DNA of 63,921 nucleotides, the filler included, from Octopus bimaculoides (lineage: Eukaryota), in NCBI RefSeq assembly GCF_001194135.2. It is 5 parts of 5 records of this genome, joined end to end, with 100 filler letters (N's around TTAATTAATTAA, not from the genome) between each part and the next. Parts side by side here need not be neighbours in the genome. Positions count along the whole stretch, not along the records: positions 26,446 to 53,072 come from NC_068991.1; 4 more parts are not named here. One strand, given 5' to 3'. The notes beneath the pieces are model-generated. The model was not told the origin of the DNA. It worked only from the letters and a program-made list of their open reading frames with translations, and did no database searches. Position numbers and translations under genes: made by a program. This document shows positions 28,227 through 39,200 of the stretch, in pieces. Numbering within the stretch: the stretch's first letter is position 1; each line of letters begins with the position of its first letter.

Positions 28227-31200
28227 CTGAAACAGAAACAAAAAATGATGATAGAAAACTGATTTTCTATATTGCTTACAACTTTGGTATTGATCAAATT
28301 AATATCTATTTTATCACCTTTGGGAAGATGGAAACAATGAGACCAGAAAAGCAGGAAAGTAAATACTTCCCACCGAAGCATTTAGTCTACTATTTCCTTC
28401 ACCATTAATGTTAATAAAATAACACAGGTTATGAATGGCCTTTCAGAAGATAGTTGACATCATCAACATCATGTCCACTTTCCATGCTGGCATGGGTTGG
28501 AGGGTTTGACTAAAAATTGGCAAGCTGGGAGGCTGCACCAACTCCAATCTGATTTGGCAAGGTTTCTACAGCTGGATGCCCTTCCTAACACCAACCACTC
28601 AGAGTGTAGTGGGTGCTTTTTACATGTCACCGGCATGGGTGCCAGCCAGGCAGCCCTGGTATCAGCCACACTTGAATGGTTCGTGCATCTGGCAACACTA
28701 CTTTTCAGGATATGAAAATTTAATTGTTTATTTTCAAACAGTAATTTTTTTTTGAAAATCTACATTAAGCTAAAATAATCAACAAACAGATCAATGGGAT
28801 TTTTGGATATTGTATAAGAATATAGGAAATTTAGGGACACAAAAAAAATCATTGAGAAATCATTTAACAAACCTGTGGTTCTGAAGAAATTGAAGTTTTG
28901 CAGACAACTTGCAAATGCAAGTGCTACCAGTCGAATGCTCCACATACCAGAAGTCAGCAAGTGTATGGGATCATCAGGAGAGAATGGGACCTACCTCTCG
29001 ACGGCATCAATGTGCACTGGCCCCTCTCATTGATATGAGACCCCGCTTGCAAGATCAACTGGTTATCAAATAAAGCTCAATATTCTTCTAGCCGTTGTTC
29101 ATCATTTCTGTTTAACCAAATCTAATGGTTAGCCTTCTCCACTGTAGTTTGGATATTGTTTGTGGTGGTATTTATTTTATGATGAGTTAGGCCTAATGAT
29201 AACAACAGTCACCTCACACAGTGTCCAATGAATCCTCTACATCTAATTTCATTTGGAAAATGCTCTGCTTTCCTGCCTGCATCTGCCCACTCCTCGAGGA
29301 GGTTTACATAACAGGCAATTTTTCGAGCCCGAGCGAAATCCATGTTATCTTCACGAAGAACCGTTAACTCAAGTAGATTCACCACTTTCTTTCTTTCACA
29401 CCACATTATAATATCTAGCTTTTTTTTTGTAACTGGGATGGAAAAGAATCCTTGGCACCCTGGTAAATCTGCAGCCACCTTCCAATAGCCATTCCACTTT
29501 TCATCACTCATAGGAAGTTTCTTCCTCTCCTTGAAACAGATCTGCTGTCCTAAGCACATGAAGGTAATGAAACCTCTGGTTGGTTCTTTCAATGGGTTTT
29601 TTTTTTTCACTGTTGACAAGAGCAATTTGGTTTTCTTGGGCAATATGAAATTACAATAATGTTCATGCTCTAAGAGAACTAATTTTCACAATAATAATCT
29701 CACTTTTTGTTTGTCTGACTATGATTTGCAATCTTGCTTAAAAATCTCTTTGTACCTTCTGTAGTACAATGCAAAAGTTACATCCTCCTCTGGGTTATAA
29801 CTGAATTCGTTAATCAAGTTCAAAGCGCCACCTGGCAAAAACGAACTTACCTCATTTTTGGACTTCTTTGAATATAACTCCAATAATTGTTGTTGTTGTT
29901 GTTGCTGTAACAGTGGCTTCTGTTGCTGCTCTTGTTGTTGCTTTTGCAACTGTACTATGAAAGCGAATAGGTCTTCCATTATTTAACAAGTTGTATCCCA
30001 AACAATGTGAGCTCCAAAATCCTCATCGCCAGATGTTGTAATAATCCGTCTGGTGATGGTTTACTTGCTTTCTGTTTTCCTCATCACCAGATATTGTAGC
30101 ATAGTTGTTACGTACAATGAATAAGACAACCAGACAACAGTAACAACAATGTAACGAACTGACAAATCTTTTTACAAACCAACAATCAATATTTCTTGTG
30201 AACTAACAAGCCAATACCTTCCAATTTCACTGCAAACTAACATGAACTTCACTCAGCTCCGAACTCACTTGGATAGTTACTATTTAGACTTTACTCGGAC
30301 AAGGGAGCATCGTAACTCTCATCACAACAATAACTTTACACTCATCAGAGTTGGCCAATATGGAAGGGAATATGGCGACTGCTCTCTGTCAGAGGTGGAT
30401 TAGCACAACTGGTCAGGAGCTGCTGTCAAAAAAGGTGGTGAAATGAAAAAAGGTCAAGGGAATAGGTTAGGAGTTTGTCTCTTGGTTGGGTGTGCTGTGA
30501 AGCCCGTAAGAATTATCTTGAAGTGGGGAAGGTGTATATTATTAATGTTGTGCTCGTATGGAGATGGGGTGTGTGACATGTGTAGTGGTGTCATATGCAT
30601 AATATTTTCTGGGGATGTAGGTATACATAGCTGTGTTCGCTGGTGTTTCCTTTCTGTAAAGGATAAAGTCGAGGGGTTTTTTTTTTGTTAGCAAGCAGTG
30701 TGTAATGTGTGTGTGGGGAGGTCTGTGTATGCATGGGGGTACAATTTGTGTGCAGGGGTATGTGTTGGAGGTGGTGGGAGAATCAATTTTGTAGAGTATC
30801 CACCTTATATTGGGTGTGTGTGTATACATGGGTGCATAGGTGTGTACTTAAGTCAAATTCTTTTTGCCATGCCCGAGGGCATTGGTGGAAGGTCGTTGGC
30901 AGAGGGTCAAGGCAAAGGACCTGTGGTTGCAGTTACGGTAGGGTGCACAGGTATGATAGGATGTACTTCCTTTCATGCGGGCAAGGATTAAACACCTCAC
31001 TCCTGCTATTCAGGTAGATATCTGGGCATTGGGTACCTTTTAAAATTGCTCTCTTCTCAGCCAAGCATAAACTGCACTTCTTACTGTTTTTGAAGTATGG
31101 TTTGCATTTTTCTAGGATCTTCCACTTTATGCTGTACTCTATGGCACTTTCTTTCAAAGATATGCTTGGCTAGGGTTATGGTGTTACTGCTCTCTGGGAT

Positions 31201-33224
31201 GTTGAAGGAGGACTTGTGGTTATTAAAGTGGGTTCTGAAGAGGCCTTCCATTGCACCCCCCCACATATTGGTTGTCCATTGGGTCCTATTGCTGTTACTT
31301 CCACCTTGTAAACAACTGTCTCCATATTGCTGTGGCCATTCAGTGGACAAGTTGTGTCACTCCTGCATGAGCATCCTGCCCCTGCCTCGAGTGTGGGCCT
31401 ACCTACTAAAATCTTTTTTACACTAGGTACACAGCTAAAGGATAATCTCATGGTATGTCTATTAAACATTTCGTTGAATCTATTGGTATGGGGGTAGTGT
31501 CTATCAACTAAACTAAGTAAGCTCTTAGTAACTCTGGTCTTAATGTTTAAAGAACAGCATGAACCACAGTGCTTTCTGGTAGCGCTTTCTCTTGTTGGGG
31601 GGGTGGTCTCACATATAAGTATATTATCCTTGAAACTGCCGCCAGCCAGAGCCCAGTTGTAGTACAGGGGGTGGGCAGCTACATCAAAGATTTCTTAAAG
31701 ACAAGCTGGAGATTCTCCTGCTGATGCCCTTAACTAGGTTCCTGAACACTATGGTTGGATAACAGGAACTTGTGTTAGTGTAAGACACCTTCTCATTTAG
31801 TTTCCTATATGGTTTATAGGCACCAGATTCCACGTCCAGGGTCACATCAAGGAAATCTACTATTCTCACGTTGGTCTCTAAAGTGACCTTCAGTCCAAAG
31901 GAGTTCATGGTGCTAGTGAAGTCCTTTCTGAGCCTATCTAGCATGTGGCTTTCAGCGCCTCTTGATATTGCCATTGCATTATCCCTGTAGATGCTAAAGC
32001 TAGTTGAAAGGAATCTTTTTTTTAGCATATCTAAGATGAAGAGACTGAATAGGTCACATACGTCTGCACCATCAAAAGCACCCATTGCCATGTCAAAGGA
32101 GCCCTCTGGGTCAGTGCATTTGGCCCAGGCAGACCCCTTACTGAAGAGTAGGGTTCTTGTACCATGCATAATTGTGCATATATCCTCGTTGTTGACTTCA
32201 GTATGGGCCCTAGCGAAGTCCAATGCCTTTAACAGGAGCTCTCTCAATATAGAGGGGTAGAAATCCACAATATCAATTTGAGTAAATCTAGCTCGACGTC
32301 ACTAAAGTGACCAAGGGTACTAGTAAGTACTGGCATTGCTAGAAATAAGAGTCAAAGCAACTGTTAGCTGTAATAAAGCACAAGGGAGTTGAGCTCCCTA
32401 CAGCATCCAGGGCATAGCCAGATCATTAGTGATTTCGTGTTTATATTAATGCTCATCAGTGGCTCTTACCCAGCTGCCTAAGGTTAAGCTGGCTTGCTTT
32501 GTCACTCTATAAGATTTACTGTAGAAACCCCATGCTGATTTCATAAACAATTTCATTAATAATTTCATTAATATAAATGTGAAATCACTGGTGACCTGGC
32601 TATGCCCCGGATGCTGCAAAGAGCTCAACTCCCTTGTCAGTCATAAGATAAGTGCTTTATCATGGTTAAGAGTTGTTTTGACTCTTATTTCTAGCAATGT
32701 TGGTGCTTACTAATACTCTTAAGTCACTTTAGTGATGTCTATAGCTCTGTCTTGGTTTTTTATCTCATTATGAAAAGTAAATCCTTATAAACGTAAAGTT
32801 AAGAATGTCACGTTTATAATTTTCGATAAGATTAGTTTTACATTTCTTTTTAATAATATTGTTTAACATTTTTCTATCTTGATATAATAAGTATTTTTAT
32901 ATAAATTCATTTGTTATTTATTGTTGGTTGATATATATACATTCATTTTATTATTATAGTTGTTGTATGTTGACCTGAAGATTAGCTATACTTTTGAATA
33001 GAATTGATTTTCGATCAATTTAATCGATTTGATTATATTTTATTTTCTATCTGAAAATTTGGTCATGAAACACATGTAGTCGTTTTATTATTATTATTTT
33101 ATGATTTTTACTTTGTATTTTATTATACTTCTTTTTAGTGTATTTACTTATTAATTTTTTATATATGTGACTGTAGATTTTCATGAATGAGTTCATGAAC
33201 TTTGGTTCTTTTCTCTAAATTATA

Positions 33225-33260
<36 letters not shown>

Positions 33261-36200
33261 ATCATCATCATCATTTAATGTCTGTTGTTCATACTGACAT
33301 GGGTGGGACGGTTTGACCAGACTCCGGTCTGTTTTGGCACAGGCTCAATGGCTGGATGCCCTTCCTAATGCCAACCACTCTGAGAGTGTAATGAGTACTT
33401 TTGTGTGTCACTGGCACGAGTGCCATTTGTGTGACATTGCTATCTGCCATGACTGTGGTTTTACTTGACTTGATGGGTCTTCTCAAGCATGACATAATGC
33501 CAAAGGTCTCAGTCATTGCCTCTGTGAGGCCCAACACTCAAAAGGAGCTCAATCACTTTGCCTCCATGGGGCTTAATGCTACCTGCATGGGTGCCGGTTA
33601 TGTGACACCAGCATCAGCCACGACTATGATTTCAATTGGCTTGATAGGTCTTCTCAAGCACAGTATATCACCAAAGCTCTCAGTCACAAGTCATTGCCTT
33701 TGTGAGACCCAAAGTTTGAAGATCATGCTTTACCACCTAACCCCATGTCTTCCAGGGTCTACCTCTACCACAGGTTCCCTCTACAGTTTGGTATCGGTAC
33801 TTCTTTACACAGCTGTCTTCATCCATACATACCATATGATCATGCCAGCACAGTTGTCTCTCTTGCACACCACATCTCTATTGGTACAATAACAGTAGTT
33901 AAGTACATTTGATATAAGCATTTCATTAACAAAGTTTCAGTCTTTTTAAAAGTGTAGCTGAAATAAAAATATGGCAGGCTCAGATGACTTGCCTTAGAAA
34001 TAAAACTAAGGTAACAAAACAATTTAATAAGTTATGAGATCTCCTTTATAATGAGAAAACTAAGCATAGCAAAAAGCTTACCTCAAATTCTTTGAGGTAA
34101 TCTTCAAGGTTCTTTTTTAAATCAGACACAGTTTTCTGAACAGAAATAAATTTTTGCAGATTACAATCAAATTCCTCATCTTCAACCTATAATATTAAAA
34201 GATAATTCCTCATTTATGATTGATTCTCATGAAACAATGAAAATAAAAATTTAAAAGAGTGCATTGACAAACCAAAGGATAATGATGAAGAAAAATTATA
34301 TAGCAGCAATAATGGTTTGTTTCCTTGACAGAAGAATGGTTAGAAAGAGCACAGTGCCAAACTGGATTTGGTTCAAGTTATCAACCAACAAGTTTTGTTG
34401 GGTAGGAAGAAGGAATTATAAAACATTTGCTTTCATAGTAACAAGAGTAAACAGAAGAGAGTCTTCAGCAAAAACCCTAACCCTAACCCATCCAAAATTT
34501 TAAACTAAATCACAGAATTCAAGCTGATTTTTAACTAGCACGAATACTGTTGTTATTTTCTGACCAGTAAATATTATTTTCAATTTAATTCTGCTTTAAT
34601 GAAATAATTCAGATCAAAATAACCATATGTAGCCATAATGAATGTAAATAAATCTCACCTTACATCTGAGACATTACAGTGACCAATGTGTCATCACAAA
34701 TTCTTATTTAAACAATTACATATGTGCAGATTTATGTGTACATGCACACATACACACACACACACACTCACAAATACTAATAAACATGTCCTGACTGCTA
34801 CATCACAGAATTCATTTATACACAGTGAACTACATATATTCCAGGAGTATACTTCAGATCCAATATACCACATTTCGTTCATACAAATGCATAAAATATA
34901 TGCATGCATTCACATTTATGCATTGCAAATACAATATTTAGAAAATATCTAATGTTTAATAATCAGGCTATTCTTAGTTTTTCTTTTAAAACCATTTTAC
35001 AGCTGTTCAGAAAAAGAAAATTGTTATGACTTTGTGCATGGGTGAATTATGCAACAGAATGAGTCACAGTTCTAAAGTAAAACAGTACCCTAAGAATCAC
35101 ATCTGCCATCTACATACAAAAGGGGAGAACTCTTTTCTATCTGCCTTCAATGTGCCACTTACTTTCAGACAATCTCCCCACCCCCACCCCCCACCAAAAA
35201 CATTCTGTTGGACAAGCTCTGGGAAATGGCATGACTATCAAATTGGTTCCTTCAGTGATTGTCTGTATGTCTTCCCCGATAATAAATGTTGAACAAAATC
35301 CAGCCTTCCATTGGAAAGTTGCTGGAATTTGACATCTGATCTCTCAATTAAGCATCAAAGTGACGAGTATTAAAGTAAAAATCCATACAGAGTCACACAA
35401 GGGATCATACTCGAATGCCCTGCTTACAAACTTCCCTGCAGTTATAGCTAAATCCAGGCTTATTGAGAAAGCTACTGAATCTGCCGCTACATATGATGTA
35501 ATAGCTGTTGGTGTATAAAAGGAAATCATTGATTTATGCCCGTCTCATCCAAGGACATCAACTGTGTTCCTTCAAAACATGTTCTCCACTGACAGGACCC
35601 AAACCCAGACTTGTTAGATTAATCTTCTCAGATTCTACCAAGACATGTGTGTACCTATCAGCCTCGTACACAGTTAGGTGTGAAGATTAAATTGCTAACC
35701 AAAGCTGTCCTAGTTTACCACCTGATATATACCTGAAGTTACATACTGGAGCTCCCTTGAAATATAACTCAACAACACATGTAAATTATACCCCTTGGCA
35801 ATAAGGAACAAATACAGAAACTTGTCAGATTTGGTGACACATGGAAAAGGTATGCAACCTGGTGTGAGGATATTGAATTAACAGGACTGGAAAACTAAAT
35901 GACTGGAAAACTAAACAAGAATTATACACCATCCGCTACGACCCACACAAATTACTGTGTTTAAATACCTTAAGATTATGCAACAAGGTCTACCTTATGT
36001 TAAAAGTACTTACATCAGTTTCATTAGTTATAGAAACAGAACTACATGCTTAGAAGGTGTCTAAGTATCACTCAATGAGACCTCTGTCGGCCACTCACTA
36101 GCTGTCTGTTTAAAACTATATATGGCTAGGCTATGCCCACACTTGGGGTTTGCAACTGCAGACTGGAAATAGCATCTTGTCCAGAATACTGATCTCCTGG

Positions 36201-39200
36201 AAGCTGTCCAGAGATGTGCAAACAAATGCCTTCCACTAATCACTTACATCATCTTGAAGAGCTTTCTTTTTCAGGCCTTCTGCTAGAAGCCCACAAGATC
36301 ATCCGTCATCTTCCCAACAACAGCTTTGGTCACTTTTTTTAATTCAGTGTGTATCACTACCACTCATGGACATGCTTATAAAATCAAAAAACAACAAATT
36401 ATCCATGATTTTGGGGAGTATTTTCTCAGGCTCAGAATTGTTGAAGCATAGAAAAAATTATCTGTTGTCAGGACACTGCATCCTTCAAAAATTCCACTTT
36501 CCTTGCAATTTACCAATACTACTCCTGATATGCCTATGCAATCTTTGCCCTTTATAACTCTTTTACTGTTCCCTTTTTCTTCTTATCCTGTATATTTGGG
36601 ATTTCATTGCTGTCTTTCTTTACTTGGTGTATTGCTACTTTCTGCCTCCATTCTTAGGCATTCCTAGTGTGCTGCAGGCCTTGTGCGCTTCAGGCCTTGT
36701 GCCTACCAGTTTCGCATAACTAGCCCCAGCCCATTCAAAAGTACCTTGGATCGTAGGGCGACCAGATGTGCTCGAGACCTATTGAGTCAAGTACATCAAC
36801 ATCAAAATGAAAATCAAATGGAAATTGTAGTTGTGATACCTGTGCCAGTGGCATGTAAAAAGCACCATCCAAACATGGCAGATGCCAGCGCCGCCTTGAC
36901 TGGCTTCCATGCCAGTGGCACGTAAAAACCGCCAACTGATCATGGCTGTTGCCAGCCTCCTCTGACCCCTATGCCAGTGGCACGTAAAAAGCACCCACTA
37001 CACTCACAGAGTGGTTGGTGTTAGGAAGGGCATCCAGCTGTAGAAACACTGCCAGATCAGAGTGGAGCCTGGTGCAGCCTCCTGGTTTCCTAGACCCCAG
37101 TCGAATGTCCAACCTATGCTAGCATGGAAAACAGACATTAAATGATGGTAATGACGATTATTATTATTATTATTATTAAGGTAGTGAACTGTCAGAATCA
37201 TTAGCACACTTGATCTTTAAACAATAACAGTTAAAACTAGTATACATAGAATGGAGGTGATATAATTCTATAACTCACTGTGGGTGTTAATCCTGTTTTA
37301 GAAACAACAACTCCTTTGAGTCGTCTAAGTTTCTTCTCAACTGCATGTGAAGAGATACTGGCAATTTTACTGCGGAAGCTAGCATTACTGGGTCGAAGAT
37401 ATTTAGTGACTGAAAAATAAAAGTTTAACAACATTTACATTACTTAAAAAATTACAATAAATATTTTTGTGAATTGGCAGAAATAGTTATTTGGTGGACT
37501 AATGAAGTTAAGCCTTTAGGTTGATTTCATATTCAGATCCAGGTGCGCTCTACTTTGTCTTTTAACTATCAAAGGACAGAAATAACATAAATAATAGACC
37601 TACATTAAAGCTAACAGACTTTGTGAAATATCATAGAAATTTCTATATAATCGCATAATCTTCTGGAAAGAACATCATTATCATTGTTATCATTTAACGT
37701 CCGTTGTCCATGCTGGCATGGCTTGGACAGTTTGGCCAGGGTTGGCATGCTGGAGAGCTGCATCAGATTCCAGTCCTAACACCAACCACTCTGAGAGTGT
37801 AATTGGTGCTTTCATGTACGACCAGCATGAGTGCCAGTTGCATGACACCAGTATCTGCCACAACTATGATTTCACTTGGCTTGATGGGTCTTATCAAGCA
37901 CAGTATATTGACAAAGGTCTGGATCATTTGTCATTGCGTCCATGAGGTCCAACACTTGAAAGGTGCTTTTGACATGCCACCAGCATGGGTGCCATTTACA
38001 CCAACAACAGCCACAACTATGATTTTACTTGGCGTGACAAATCTTCTCAAGCATGGCTTATTGCCAAAGGTCTCAGTCACTAGTCATTGCCTCCATGGGG
38101 CCCAACATTCAAAGATCTTGCTTAACCACCTCATCTCATGTCTTTCTGAGTCTCTCTCTTCCTCCCACTGATAGAGATTAGCACTTCCTCACAAAGCTCC
38201 CCTCATCCATATGCATCACCTGACCATACCAGCGCAGTCGTCTCTCTTGCACACTACATCTGATGCCTAGACCAATTAAACTAATAACTATTCCTATAAT
38301 CATAAAGCTTTCTGTTTAATGTTTTAATTCTTCAATTTAACTATACAAATACTAATCTAGAGTAATACTAACTTGATTATAGAAGTGAACTTTGATTTTG
38401 TCCCCCAATCTTTTTTTATGTTAATGCACAATAGCTCAATATGATCATAGAAACCCTATTTGATGCAAGAAGATGAGAAAGAAAATGAGGAAGAGGGAGT
38501 GGGTTGCTGTCTCTGTTGCCACCAGTCCCTGAACTTGTTAAGAAGTGAGAGTCTAAAACTCCCAGCAAATACATGTAAGAACTAGTTTCACTCTCCAACT
38601 GAAGTCAGTTCACTTTGTTTTTGATACAAATATATATAAATAAATGTCACCACATCTGTCTCATACAAATATATGATGTGAAATCAATTCTAGCTTAACA
38701 AAACCACAAAAAATTTGTATTTACCAATTTCTTTTGCTCGTATACTCTCATTCACATTATTGGCAACATTCTTCATGCAAGAGTGGGCTTGGTCCAGTCC
38801 ACTGAAGTCAATATGACTCACTTCAGTAACCTAAAAATAAGGTTCTTTTGGTAAGATAATCCACACAGTTCATATATGCTAAGAAAAGACAACAGTAGCA
38901 TAAAATATAGAAAAAAATTATAGCACATCAGGAAAGAAATAAGATAGGTCACTGAATATTAACATGATGCATGGCACATTATGTGACATACAAAATGATA
39001 CCTGGCTGTTGCATAACATGGGAAACGGCAATACGATACAGCAGTACAATACACTGGATGACAGGTAATTTCACACATTGAAAAACAAGGATTTAATACT
39101 TCAGAAAGTTGTACATAAGACCTAATCTTCAATTGAAGATTCTCATGATGTCAGCTAGAGAATTAATGAATGGCAAGTGTAATCACCAGATATTTAAATA

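Larger units (their letters stand above)
30430..32790 (-). mobile_element. Penelope-like element, Neptune type (RT + Cys-rich linker + GIY-YIG endonuclease), 5'-truncated and frameshifted
   Basis: RT motifs DIVDFYPSI, FDMAMGAFDGADVCDL, IYRDN and VDFLDVTLD...YKPYRK (31684-32290). Linker CSCRSDTTCPLNG. Endonuclease VVY...FRTHFNNHKSSF...TLAKHI, WKILEKC...CSLCLAEK...LNSRSE...CPH (30933-31470). About 500 bp of 3' non-coding sequence follows. Confidence 0.88.

Noticed and set aside
30310-30350. CUGAUGAG at the 3' end of the Neptune element as its pLTR hammerhead
   Set aside because: There is no downstream GAAA and no stem I or stem III pairing.
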